DNA of 64,000 nucleotides from Octopus vulgaris (GCA_951406725.2 OX597814.1:25854001-25918000); one strand, 5' to 3'. Shown: positions 1 to 13,329, numbered from the stretch's first letter. Numbers and translations are program-made. The notes: generated by a model not told the origin, from the letters alone.

Positions 1-4
1 ACTA

Positions 5-160
5 GTTGCTGTTCTCATTTAACCATAGATCAGCCCTAATTGCACAGGTCTATTATCAAATGTCTAGTTTCTTTTTTCCTTAAGATAGTAGCAGGTAATT
101 TGAGGGAAATTTGGTTACAGTATCTAGCAGGAAAGTGACTATGTAGAAGCTTTGCTTACA
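5..160 (-). repeat. Degenerate interspersed repeat 'family D' (SINE-like, (AAC)n tail)
   Basis: Shares GATCAGCCCT...TCAAA...TGAGGGAAATTTGG...TCTAGCAGG motifs with copies near 13050-13200, 50940-51310, 52735-52925 and 55370-55530. Confidence 0.5.
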
Positions 161-224
161 TTGACATGTGTTGTTTAAAGTGAATGAGTCCTACATGAAT
201 TAGTGCCATGTGCTGTTTTGGCAT

Positions 225-425
225 GCTGATGCCATGTAAAAAGTGCTCAGTGCACTCCATAAAGTGGTGGGCATTAGGAGGAGTATCCAGCCATAGAAAT
301 CATGCCAAAACAGACAATCAGAACCTGGTGCAGCTCTCTAGATTATCAGCTCCTGTCAAACTATCCAATGCATGCCAGTGTGGAGAACAGGCATTAAGTG
401 ATAATGAGGGTATGATAACGATAAG
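225..425 (+). mobile_element. RTE LINE 3' UTR fragment (5'-truncated)
   Basis: AAAAGTGC..CACTC..GTGGTGGGCATTAGGAGGAGTATCCAGC..GCATTAAGTGATAATGA matches the 3' end attached to the RTE ORF at 15050-15258. Confidence 0.7.
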
Positions 426-970
426 GTTGCTCCAATGACACTAGCCCTCTCAGAAGTAATGACAAAAGAGTAAGATGAGTGATGATATATTGTATAGCAT
501 ACCTTTCAAACCCACACCAGCAATATTGTTGATAAGAATGCCATTAAGGTTGCTGCTGCTGCTACTGCTGATGCAGATGATGACGATGATGATGCTGTCA
601 ATGACATGATATATTCTTGATCATGATATATTCTTTACAAGATTAAATATATCTTGGTGCTGATATCTATATTAAACTTTGATTTTTTTTTTTTAAGAAT
701 GTCCCCCATTCAAGCAGTTTTTTTTCTGCATCTGTTTCCATAAAATTTTGATCAATAATTTTCATAATATTTTGACCTTCCTTCTCTTTATAAAAAATAT
801 ATATTTATCATGTTTTTTTTTTTTTAAATTTCACAGCATACATTTTACAATATATTATCTATTTAAACCTGAAAACTTCATTATTGTTTGTTTTCTTTTC
901 GTTTTTATATTTTTTAATCTAAATTTTATAAAGATGATATTCGATAGCCAGTGTTTGAAAAGTATTTTTA

Positions 971-1003
<33 letters not shown>

Positions 1004-2159
1004 CATAAAAGTTTTGGTTTTTCTAACTCCAAAGATGTATTTCTAAGTAGCATGCAACAAAGGATGTCATCAATTGAAAGAGAAACGAAGGAGAGAAAGG
1101 TGAGACTAAAAGAACGTTGGAGGGGGCAGTGAGAGTGATAGAATGATATATTAGAGACTCTTCTCATCCATATTTGCCAGTCAACGTATTGGCTTTATTC
1201 ATTCTGATTGGTTGTATTTTCTCATTTTTTAAAAGTTTTTTTTTTTTATTATTATTGTGTGTTTATTTTCATATGTATGAAGTCTTAATCCTATTTATTC
1301 ACAGGATGTTGAATTAAGATCTTGAGATATTCATGGAAATCATTTATATATATATATGTATGTATGTGTGTACGTGTGTGTGTATACATATATCATATAT
1401 CCTCTATCCTATATCATATACATATATATATGTATTAATATATAAGTATATATATAAATGTATTTATGTATATATATATATATATATATAAATGTATGTG
1501 TATGTATCTAAAGATATCTAAGTTATATATGCATGTATATAGGTGCATCTATATATGTATGTGCATGTTACAGTATATACTTGTATGTATATACACACAC
1601 GTAGAAATAAAATCTGATATCTTATTATTAGGTTTTCAATATCATTGAGTTGTTTGTTTGTTATCACCATATTTTTGTGACTACCATTACTACTCTTAAT
1701 ACTCCGTCAGCTTTCACTTAATTCAAATAATCTTATTATAGTTTGATTTGGTTAAATACTTTATATATTTTTCTCAATTTTTGAAATATACAGCTATAGT
1801 CATATCTGTCAGCCTTATTTCCTATTCATGTATATTCACAGTTAGAGAATGTGTCTCTGCAACTTGCAATGATAATACGTGTATGTGGATGTGAGATTTT
1901 GTTTGTATATGCAAGTTTGTGTGTAAGTGCATATGTGAACGATAATTTGTGTGTGTATGTGTGTGTGTGTGTGTGTGTGATGCTATAATAAGAAGGTGAA
2001 ACTTTCTGTTAGGCTATGATAATATGCATGTCCAAATTTATATGTAAGCTTCAAGTAAAATACTCCATAATGCTTATGTGCATGATAAATAGGTTATCTC
2101 TTTCTATAGGCATTTGCATATAGATTATGTCATGATGATGATGTTGATGAAGCATTTAC

Positions 2160-2255
2160 ATACACTTGCATGCACACATATGCATATGTATATATATGTA
2201 TAGATATGTGTATGTGTGTACATGCATGTGTATATACATGTATATGTATGTATAC

Positions 2256-2288
<33 letters not shown>

Positions 2289-2510
2289 CACATACATATA
2301 TATATAAATATATATATATGTATGTACACATACATATATATATAAATATATATACATGTATACACACACATATATACTTACATACTCATATATACAAACA
2401 TCCTCATATATATATGTTTATATATATGTTTATGTATATATACATGCATGCATACATACATGTATGAATATGTCTATATAAGTCTATACATATATACATT
2501 TACGTGTGTC
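2160..2510. repeat. Compound (TA)n/(CA)n/(TATG)n microsatellite
   Basis: Direct reading; source of the YIYI/HTHT pseudo-ORFs. Confidence 0.9.
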
Positions 2511-3239
2511 TCTACTTTGTAAATTCATGTGTTGATATAAAATATATAAAATATTTATATATGTATACAATGAAATTATGATGAATGTGCATATATGCAC
2601 CAGGCTTAGCAGCATTGAAGCATGTATAGATTAACACATATACATCCCTTCTTTATTTATTTGTTAAAATCCTACAAAATCCAACAAAGAACAAGGCAAT
2701 CTCTAAGAAAGAAGGTTCCTTCATTGATATTCATGCAACCTCAAAGTAGTGAAATCATATAGTAAACTTTATATAAGTCTTGCATATCTATTTTTTACTT
2801 CCTGATCTTATGGATTGAATTTGCTGAAATCAGATTAAGTAGTTTCTTTTTTTTATCTTATAAACCTCAGTTTCTAAAGACTACAACTTAAACATGTGCT
2901 AATATAGTAACATACCCCAATGATTGTATAACAATGTGACTACTTAAACAGAGAAATATGTGTATAATTTTCAAAGCTGTGCTTTAGTTTAAGTATATAA
3001 ACTTATGTATTAAATAATGATTTCCTTTGACAAAACATAAGGTTGTATATGTTAGGAAGGGTTTACAGTATATGGAAACAATTCTTGGTATATTGTTAGT
3101 AATTCTCTTATTTAAACCTGTAGGGGAATATAAGATAAGGCTGAATGTAGATGGATTAGAGACACTGAAATATGAAGCAATGATTTCAAAGATCAAAAAT
3201 ATACATACATATGTGCATACACACATACATATATCTACA

Positions 3240-3612
3240 TTCTTTCATGTTTTTGCTTGTTTCAGTGATTTGACTAAAACATGATGGTGCATGCTGGAGC
3301 AAATCAACCTGAGGACTTATTTTTTAAGCCTAGTACTTATTTTATTGGTTACAGGAATGTAAACACACCAACACCAGTTGCCAAGCAGTGATGGGGGAAC
3401 AAACACAGACACAATGACACACGCACATAGATATATACATGTATATATACAACAGGCCTCTTTCAGTTTCCATCGACCAAATCCACTTACACGGCTTTGT
3501 TGGCCAAAGGCTATAGTAGAAGACACTTGCCCAGGGTGCCATGCAGTGGGACTGAACCCAGAACCAAGTGGTTGGGAAGCAAGCTTCTTACTGTATAGCC
3601 ATTCCCACACCT
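3240..3612 (-). mobile_element. tRNA-derived SINE 'family B' (CORE-like CACCYTGGGCAAGTGTCTT, internal CA/TA microsatellite)
   Basis: Minus strand has B-box-like GGTTCAGTCCC followed by GGCACCCTGGGCAAGTGTCTT; colinear with copies at 5330-5757 and 35160-35570. Confidence 0.8.
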
Positions 3613-3623
3613 GTGTGTGTGTG

Positions 3624-5166
3624 TATCCGGACTAAGTCAAAAGATTTTCTGTATTTCAAGTTTTAATTAATAGTTCAAACAAATTACAAATGAAAAGTGC
3701 TTACTCATCAAAATATATCCCATCATATTCTATTGTCTGTTGCCATTGTTTTTTCTGGACCTCTGTTCTATGCCTATAATATATAGTTGGTTTAGCAACA
3801 AAAAGTTCCCTGCAGCGGTTTTCAAGTTCATGCTCATTCTTTTCTACTCTAGGCACAAGGCCAAAAATTTTGGGGGAAGGGAACCAGTTGATTATATCAA
3901 CCCAGTATGCAACTGGTACTTAATTTATCGACTCCGAAAGGATGAAAGGCAAAGTCAACCTCAGTGGAATTTGAACTCAGAATGTACAGACAGACAAAAT
4001 ACCACTAAGCATTTCGTCCGGCAAGTTAATGTTTCTGCCAGCTCACCAAGTTCATCCTCATTGTTGAACTACTGTTGGTGCAGGAAATGAACCATGGCTC
4101 AGAAAAGGTGGTAATCTAATGATGTAAAGTCTGGCAAGGTGAGGCAACACTTCCAGCCCTTCAGTTTGCATTTGATCACATTGGTAGTGCATGCGGGAGT
4201 TTGCCATGCTGTAGGAGTGCACATCTTCGATTGACCAATGCCAGGTAGCACATTTTCAAAGTATCATATATCCACTGCTGCTGCTGATCATAAAGGTTAG
4301 CATTCATAACATGACCATCTGGGACAAGCTCAAAGTGCAACAGCCCCTCAAAATTCCACCAAACACATGACATGATTTTCTGTTCAAATCTCTCTTGTTT
4401 GACAACAGAGTGTGAAGCCTGGCTGGAATTAATGGTTTCTCTTGTTAGGATTACGAAAATAGTCCATTTTCATTCCCAGAAACAATTTGATACCAAAAGT
4501 GGGTGTCTCAAGGATTTTCCAGCAGTTGTTGGCAAATGTTCATATGTTGTTGAGCCTGTTCAATGGTCAGTTTATGAGGAGTCTTTCAACATTGTCTCTT
4601 CAATGCTTTTGTCACTTCCAAGCTTATGGAGGTGTCAATTGATGGTGCTTTGTGAAGGACCAAGTTCTGTTGGCAATGTACGAGTGCTTGTACTTGGCTG
4701 TTGTCCAACCATTTCAAGCAAGGCCTTATCTTCCCAAACGGGTTTCCCTGACCTTGGTTTGTCTTCAAGGCTGGTGTTGCCTTCTTTGAAATGTTTGAAC
4801 CAGTTTTGTACCATACGTTCATCGAGAGTTCTTGGGCCTTCCACATCATTAATTTCTTTCACTGATGCCCTTGCACTCAATCCTTTTTCCCACAAATATC
4901 ATAAAATGGCTGTAATTTCAATTTTTCTTCACCATCAGTATGGAAGGTGAACGTTAAACAATGATGAAAATGATGATGATGATGATGGTGATGATTGTCA
5001 AAGCTATAAAATAAAGAATAAGCAATTAATTTTTATGCTATATATGAAAATCAAGAATAAGCAACTCAATAACCATTGGAAAAGTTGTATCAAATTAATG
5101 ATATAACATGGAGATACAAGCGGGTTAAAATCAGTAATGAATAAACTTTTGTTTCAATCTGGAATA
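3624..5166 (-). mobile_element. Decayed mariner transposon, interrupted by a SINE and an RTE tail
   Basis: ORF 4635-4895 (HTH, WFKHFKEGNTSLEDKPRSGKP) and 4176-4373 (MSCVWWNFEGLLHFEL..LLQH); PDFTSLDYHLF near 4100-4135; C-terminus WQQTIEYDGIYFDE* near 3700-3750; degenerate TIRs TATCCGGACTAAGTCAAAAG / CTTTTGTTTCAATCTGGAATA. Confidence 0.85.
3839..4046 (-). mobile_element. tRNA-derived SINE 'family A' inserted in the mariner, 16-bp TSD
   Basis: B-box GAGTTCAAATTCC and central CTTTGCCTTTCATCCTTTCGG..GATAAATTAAGTACCAG; TSD CAAGTTCAT(G/C)CTCATT at 3823-3838 and 4047-4062. Confidence 0.9.
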
Positions 5167-5329
5167 TACACACGCACGCACATACACACACACACACACT
5201 CACATACGTCACACACACATGCACATATATATATAATATATGTACATATAATATTTAATATATTCATGAATAATTCATACACACACACACACACACACAT
5301 GTATATATCAATATACATATATGTATATT

Positions 5330-5757
5330 CTTTTATTCTTTTACATGTTTCAATCATTTGACTGAGGCCATGTCAGAGCACTGCCTTAAAGGGTTTTAGT
5401 CAAAGAAATCAACCCCAGGACTTAGTTTTTGTAAGCTTAGTACTAATTCTATTGGTATCTTTTGCCAAACTGCTAAGTTACAGGGACATAAATACACCAG
5501 CATCGGTTGTCAAGCAATGGTGGGGGAACAAACTCAGACACAAACACACATGCATAAATACACACACACATACACACACACACACATATATATACGACAG
5601 GATTCTTTCAGTTTATGTCTACCAAATCGACTCACAAGGCTTTGGTCAGTTCAAGGCTATAGTAGAAAACACTTGACCAAGGTGCCACACTGTGGGACTG
5701 AACTCAGAGCCATGTGGCTGGGAAGCAAGCTTCTTACCACACAGTCATGCCTGCACC
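5330..5757 (-). mobile_element. SINE family B
   Basis: Full colinear copy, head through GACTGAAAC-type 3' end. Confidence 0.85.
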
Positions 5758-5844
5758 AAATATATATAAAATAACGAAGGTGACTAGACACAATATAAAA
5801 CTAGAAAGGAAAAATTCAATTGTATGCATACCTTTCCTTCTTTG

Positions 5845-6500
5845 AACACTAAATTCTGCTTGTGAAGACTTGTTGAGGCAAGTGAAATCGAATTCGAAAT
5901 TGAACCAAATTCGTCGACTGGCACTCATGCCAACCTCCCTTCACTGGGCACTAAACTCTGCTTGTAAAGACCTGTTGGAGCAAGTGAAATCGAAATTGAA
6001 CCAAATTCGATGACTGGCACCCATGCCAGTGCAGCGCTAACAGCTCCATCTGAGCGGGATCACTGCCAGAGTAGCTGTCTGGCACGTAAAGAGCACCATT
6101 TGAGTGTGATCGTTGTCAGTGTCGCCTCACTGGCACGTAAAGAGCACCATTTGAGTGTGATCGTTGTCAGTGTCGCCTCACTGGCACGTGAACAAAACAT
6201 TCGAGCAAGGTCATTGCTAGTGCTGCTGGACTGACTCCTGTGCAGTTGGCACGTAAAAAACACCATTTTTGAGCGTGACCGTTGCCAGTACCGCCAGACT
6301 GGCCCTCGCGCTGGTGGCACTTTAAAAGTACCCACTACACTCTCAGAGTGGTTGGCACTAGGAAGGGCATCCAGCTGTAGAAACTCTGCCAGATCAGATT
6401 GGAGCCTGGCGCAGCCATCTGGTTCGCCAGTCCTCAGTCAAATTGACCAACCTATGCTAGCATGGAAAGCGGACATTAAACGATGACGATAATGATGAAG
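5845..6500 (+). mobile_element. RTE LINE 3' UTR with internal 51-bp tandem repeat and (GAT)n tail
   Basis: Matches 14800-15258; exact 51-bp unit at 6079-6129 and 6130-6180; ends GGACATTAAACGATGACGAT. Confidence 0.85.
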
Positions 6501-8575
6501 AATGACTGAGGGTGCTGGGTAGCACCTACATTGCTAGAAATAAGAGTCAAAGCACATTGTTTATGTACTGACAGGGGAGATAACCAACCCCACAGCAAGT
6601 GAGGTTAGTATACTAGTAAGCTAATTCACTTGGAATTAAAGCTTATCAGTAGTGATTACTCCATCACTTATGGTTAAGCTAAATCCTACCTGTCAGTATA
6701 TAGTATTTACCATATGAATCAATGGATGATTCAGATGAATGATAATATGAAAATTATAAAATAATGAAGGCAATTATAAATATGGTTGTTTTTGCTAAGC
6801 ATCAGCTTACATTTTGCATTATCTCGTAAATAATTTTTCTATATATAATAAAGATTTCTAACATTGTTGCATAGCAATGAATTTTGATGGAGAGTAAGAT
6901 TGATAAAATTCATCAGATATATTGATTAATGCTTGTTTAATTAACTCAGGCTGATAAAATGCAAAAGATGATACTGGTGACATTTGGATTCAGGTCGGGA
7001 TGCACCATATTTATTCAGGTGTGATATGTGCTGTTTTCTGAATTTTTAAACCTAACAACCAAGTTGCTCTTTATACTAAAGAACTAAATATTATGGGGGT
7101 TTTCCTGCACCAAGTGTATGGCCATATTCAGGAATGGATGAGTTGCATCTACTAGCCAAGTTAATTGTTGTGCAATGAATAATTTAAATCACTGTAATAA
7201 TGTTACATTTATCTTTGATAAGAATAATATGTTAAATGTTCATTATATCTCATTAAAGGTTTAAATTTTATGTTTCCCATGACAAAATAAGTACAGCAAA
7301 ATTTTGTTCATATTTGTTGATATAAATTAATCAGAAAATTCATTTAGCATTAATAGCAATGAAACATTGTTTTTTGCTTTTATCTATTTTTTTCCATTGT
7401 TTTTATTTACTTGTTTCAACCCGAGTTACTGTGACCATGCTAAAGCACTGCCTATGTAATAGCTACTATTCCTATAACTCTTCTTCAGCAGTTAGCTTTT
7501 GGTGAATGGGGGTGTTCGATTCTGCTAGCCACAGATACACTTCTTGCCATGATGTTAGTTCATTTTGGATCACAAATAATACAGTATCCAGGTTATGTTT
7601 TTAATATATTTAAACCTACTCCGTGTAGTTTTCTCAATTTGACTGACAAGACATTGAGGATCATGGATTCTTTGAATCCTCAGCTGCAGTACTCATGATT
7701 TCTGAAGGAGTGACTGGAACCTCCAGGACTGTGCAGTGTCAATCAGCTCAGTTGATTGGTATAGCTTACAGTACTAAGTTTGGAGCTAGTCCTTCAAGGA
7801 TCTTCCATATTTAAATCCCTGCATATCTTACTCATCTTCTTTTCAGAGAGCAGTGTCTTAGCATTTTCTACCACTCCTGGTAACTCAAACGTTGCACACT
7901 GAGGCCATTTTTTTCAATGTAGTATTTTTGAATAGCTTCTAGATCTACTTTAAGCTTCATACAGTTTGGTGACCATGGTTATGAGCAATAGTCTAGACAG
8001 CTTAGGACAAATGTTCTCCTTCAAAGCAGAATAGTTTCCTGCCTTCTTGTACTGAATAAACTCAGACCATCTTGCCAGCCTTTAGCACATCAATACTATA
8101 TTGGTACTGTGTATATGAAAAGCAATATCATTTACTCCAAGGTCACTTGCTGAACTCCACTCAAACTTGGTGTTTCATTTGAGAGGGCACTGTTAGCTGC
8201 AACCATCTGACAGAAATATGTACTATAATTAGCCACAGTGTTATCAAAATCTGTATCCTATGAAATTATTGATAAAACATTGGATGAAACATTGGATGAA
8301 ACATTGTTTTGTTTCCATTTTCTGAATTTTAAACATGCTGTTTTTGAATTTCTTGTGATTAGGATTTAAAAATACAATTAAAATATTTTAAAAATTAAAC
8401 CTTTTAAAAACTTACCACTTCCTGCATTTCTCATGTGCAGAACAAAAATTTAAAGACCAAAATTTTAACAATGCCTAATAAAGAAGTTAGAGGTGGAGTT
8501 AAAAATTTAATGCTTTAATGAAAAAGCTTTGTTCTTTTATAATAACAAACGTGTGCATCACTATACAAACTGAAC

Positions 8576-9132
8576 AGCAAAATTGGGTATAAACTTGTTT
8601 AAGTTCATTATCAATAGATTTTCTATAAAAAAACAAGATTTTGTAATTTTCATAATGTTGACTTTACAGCAGATTACCTTTTAAATCTTAGACCAGCAAA
8701 GTTCAAAAGTCACTTTCAATTCCCCACTCCCCTTTCTTTTAATAATGCATTTTATACTTTTTCATTGTACTTTATGCAACATTTATAATAAATGTAACTT
8801 TTTTTCTATACATTGTAATACTAAAGAAAAATCAATGCTTTATATACAAGAAAAATTTTTTATGAACTTCGTTGCTCATAATTAGAAATACACATCATGC
8901 ACAAATGCATATTACACACAAATGAATATGGCACTTAACTACTGCAAGGCTTTTGGTCCAGAATTCCACTGACCCTGACATCTACTACCATTTTTATTCA
9001 TAAAGTTCCAAGAATGAATTCTTTTGCAGTCCATATACAGTTTCCTACCCAGAATAGCAAAATTGGGTATAAACTTGTTTAAGTTCATTATCAATAGATT
9101 TTCTATAAAAAAATAAGATTTTGTAATTTTCA
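8576..9132 (+). repeat. ~77-bp direct repeat (8576-8652 and 9056-9132)
   Basis: AGCAAAATTGGGTATAAACTTGTTTAAG...GATTTTGTAATTTTCA occurs twice, one mismatch seen. Confidence 0.9.
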
Positions 9133-9133
9133 A

Positions 9134-10205
9134 TTCCCTTAGTTTTCAAGTGCAGTGTGGAACAAGTTTTCAAGAGTGGCCTGCAATTCTTTATAACCAG
9201 TTTTCTACAATCATGTGTAATGGTTGAAATCGGTGACCCTTCACAGATAATTTCAACCTTCGGGGAAAATATAAAGACAATAGGGTGGCTGAGGGATAAA
9301 AATTATTTTATGCTTTGCAAAAGGACATGAATAAAAAATTATTCTGGTGCAGTATTCAAGTTTTGTTTGTCCAGCTTTTTAGCTTTTTCCTTCACACAGC
9401 CTGTCCCAAATACTCCAGAAAATCCCAGTAAAACTCTTTATTGATCCTTGGACTGCATTGAGCAAAATAATGATGCATAATGCCCATTCAATAAAAACCA
9501 AAACCTGATTTCACTTACACATTTGATTGACTCTGACATGTTTTTTTGGTTACAATGACAATAATCCAAGTCTCTGCAATGATATCTTTTTTTGTAATGA
9601 TACCCTTCATCATTTACGACCATTTTCAGAAAATTTTCATAAGCATTCAAGCAACTAGACAGCTCCAAACAGACTGCAACTTGGTTCTCTTTCTGTTCAT
9701 AAATATTGTAGCAACACATTGGTTTTTCAACTGTTATCTTTGTTTCTTTTTTTTTTCAAATGATGATGGTGAACTTCACAGGCAGTCAGTAAACAATATT
9801 CACTGAGCACAGCACATGCTTTTGCTTTCTAAACATCATTATCTATTGTGGAACATCATCCAAATATGCTATCCTTTTTTGGTGAATGTTCTAGCCAACT
9901 TGAAATGCTAGTACCATTTTACATAGACAAGATTAACAAACTAGAAAATTTCTCATAAATGTTTTTCCCAATTTGAAACAAACACAAACACATTCTTCTT
10001 TCAAATCCCTCATTGTTCTACATAAGAAAAATTTCCAAGGGCACTAAGCCTCCATTCACTTTAGCATATGTAGATCAATGACTGACTGATGTGGCTTGAT
10101 ATGGATAAGCTGAAGCTCACCCATACATAATACTGCATGTTACACTAGCAGTCTGCTTAAAAGACTAGTGCACTAGTTTAAAAGACCGGTTTCTCTTGAG
10201 ACAGA

Positions 10206-10208
<3 letters not shown>
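9134..10208 (-). mobile_element. Heavily decayed mariner transposon
   Basis: Minus-strand fragments CFKLGKTF (~9960-9990), EQKENQVAVCLEL..ENFLKMVVNDE (ORF 9438-9719), PQPPY and RLKLSVKGHRFQ (~9225-9300); TIR-like end near 10180-10208. Confidence 0.7.
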
Positions 10209-10251
<43 letters not shown>

Positions 10252-10549
10252 AAGTATGTAACATGGTGAATATTAAACCTATTTTAGCAATTGACTGATG
10301 CTGACTTTTACATTCTTTTTAGGGAGAGAAAATTGAATTTATCTGCCTGGTTTAAAATCTTGATTTCCTTCAGAGATAGAATACTTTTTCATCAACTTAC
10401 AGAGAGTTATTTATCTAATATCTATGTATAGTCACCAACTGTAATGAGTTTGCTCAACTGGTCAATTTGCATAAATTGTGTTTTGCTGGTAATTTATTCA
10501 AGTGAATTATTAATTATTTATGAATGTGTGTATGTGTGTATATATATAT

Positions 10550-10778
10550 ATGTGAAAAAAAGGTCAAGACAGAAAATGCTAAAATAATTTTATAGAAAAC
10601 ATTTCAGTACCAGTTCCAGTCATTGAGACTTTTTCAACTGTAAGTATGGAAAACAATTAAATTTAGAAAAAATTAATAGAAAAGTTTTTTTTAAAAGAAT
10701 ATTTGTCCAGTGTTCAAATACAAGTGGAATTTTCCTTGTTTCTGCCTGTCTCTGTCTCTCTTGTTTACTCTTGTGGGT

Positions 10779-10834
<56 letters not shown>

Positions 10835-10943
10835 TACATATATGCATGGATTTATGTATATATGCATATATTTATACATGTGTATATATATATATATATA
10901 TATACATATATGCATGGATATATGTATATACATATATTTATAC

Positions 10944-10980
<37 letters not shown>

Positions 10981-10983
10981 AAC

Positions 10984-11055
<72 letters not shown>

Positions 11056-11125
11056 TGACCCAACCAAAGTGTGTTCTATCTCTGACAAGGCTCATGAAAA
11101 ATTTCGAAACCAGTCAGATAGATGT
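10550..11125. mobile_element. Penelope-like terminal fragments in (TA)n with two degenerate hammerhead-like motifs
   Basis: Motifs at 10605-10640 (-) and 11076-11121 (+) separated by a long TA array (10781-11052); minimal hammerheads are characteristic of Penelope pLTRs. Confidence 0.5.
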
Positions 11126-11519
11126 AATCTTCTATTCATGATGTGTGGAGAGAAAATAAATGACATTTGTTTATAATTGTTACAATGCAAACAGGTATGA
11201 GAAAAGGTTGCAATGAGTACTGTTTCATATATAACTAGTTATACAATGAAATTAGGTAGAAGTCCATTCAGCTCTCATATCCCTTTTATTTACCATAGTG
11301 CTGTATGTCCTGACAGAGGATTTCAAGACTGGATATCAGTGGACAACATAGTTTTTTTCAGAAATAAATCAGTTAAAAGTATCAGAATGCTCCAAACATG
11401 AAAGTAGAGTCTAGAATGAAAAGAATTAATAGTAAATATAGCAAAGACAAATGTCTTAGCAAGGAATTATGCAGAACCATATAGGACATGACAATGCTTG
11501 ATATGCAGAAAATATGTAG

Positions 11520-12245
11520 TATGGGATTTCTATACTGTGTGCCCAACGTAAAATATGACAGGCAGGATGAATATTTGTTGTAGATGCACAGGAGTAGTTA
11601 GCACTAAGAGGATCTATGAAATGAATTCTTTCAAATGCTTATAAGGTTCCCAAGAATTAGTTGATAGTTTCTGCTATTTAGATGACCAGATATATGGTGA
11701 TAGTGGGTGTTCTGAAATCATACTAGCCAAAGTGAGAATAGAGGTGGAAAACGTTCAGGAAGCTGTTGCCTCTGCCAATAACAAAGAGATTCTCTCTTCA
11801 TGGAGAAGACAGATTATGCGATGTTTGCTTATGCAGTGCAAGGTTGCATGGTTGTTAAATATAACCATTGAATGTGGATCATCAGGAGAATTTTCTCTGC
11901 TAAACGTGCAGTATTAATGTGAATTAACAAATGAGCACAAATGTTCTGAGAGGAAAATTGAATATAAGACAAATCACCAGTAGCATGCAAAAAAGGAGAA
12001 TGAAGTGATATGAACATGTGATGCATATGAAGGGGAACAATTTAATTATAACATACCAAGTGGGAGAGCCCTATAAATATGGAAGAAAACTGAAGTAAGA
12101 CATGGCAAGTGTTGATGAAGGCTGATTTCAGAATGCTAAACCTCACAAATGAAATAATTGTGAACCACAAGTGGCAAGCTACTATACTGAAGAAGATCTG
12201 TCCAACCTATGTAATCATTGAAAAATGGATATAAAATGATAATAA
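11520..12245 (+). mobile_element. Old, highly degenerate RTE LINE 3' portion
   Basis: GTTGATAGTTTCTGCTATTTAGATGACC..GTGTTCTGAAA..AGAATAG aligns by eye with 14178-14290; decays into a degenerate RTE 3' end. Confidence 0.65.
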
Positions 12246-13329
12246 AGGCATTTGAAATCTGAGTTAAGATTTAAATTTTTCAATATCAGCAGGATCACCT
12301 ACTAGAGTTAACTCAATAAATAGTAGTAGTTTCACAAACAGAAATAGCATCTAGTGAACAATGCTACATATTGTTCTGCTTCATATTTTACAAGGTATAC
12401 TATGGGTGTGTAGTTAAGAAGGTCATTTCACAATCATGTTTCTGGGTTCAATCTCACCATATTATACTTTGGGCAGACTTCCTGAATAAACTAGAAAGTT
12501 GAAAATAGTGTGAAATTCCATCAAATGTACAGTACTTATTCTTAGGTTGTTACTCAATCCATCACCTAGTTTAACACACTTTTATCCATTTAGTGAAGTC
12601 TATTCTGTTACAAACTTTCAAGCCATGTCTCCAGTTTCAGTATAATTTTAACAGTGAATGAGTGAATGTTGAAGCAATCACTATTATTTAACTCCTCTAT
12701 TGAAGAATCTTAGTTTGAAAAGTTAGACTTTCCATTCCTAATGGCAACCAAAGTTTCTGGCACCTCTCTTAGACTTTGTTATCATTGTTGTTGACACAGA
12801 TCTCCTATGGATTTTTACCTAGAGAAACCATATTTGTGGTATCTTTATAGCATGTCATCTTGTCAGAAAGACATTTACCTAGCAACGAATGTGGACTCTA
12901 CTGCTGTAGATCCACAGATTTGCTTGTAGTAACCACATATGAAGTACATTCAGTTGCTTTTGGCATTCGTGAAATTTATGAAATCTTTCACCTGGTTAGT
13001 TAACCATATCTATTTCTACATCTCAGCCTACAAATTAGAATTCATAGATCCTTCAAATCACAACTTATATTTAAGAAGAAAGATTCACAGAATGATGTAT
13101 TCCTAGATACTCTTTAAAAAAAAATGAATTGGTCATAACTGGAATGCCTTTGATCATAGATCTACTTGATCTATTTTGACTTAAAGGTAACACCAACAGC
13201 ACATCTGAGACTAAGTAAAAGCAGGCAGGAACTTACAAGATTTGTAGTGTTCTTCATTAATTTCCAAACAGGTTGTAGCAGTTTATATCTTCTACTGCAA
13301 CAAGCACTGTTTCTCTAAGCACACTAATT

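Noticed and set aside
4372-4950. 192-aa plus-strand ORF
   Set aside because: Antisense to the mariner transposase
6079-6189. Direct repeats resembling a CRISPR array
   Set aside because: Contiguous tandem units with no unique spacers, inside an RTE 3' UTR in eukaryotic DNA
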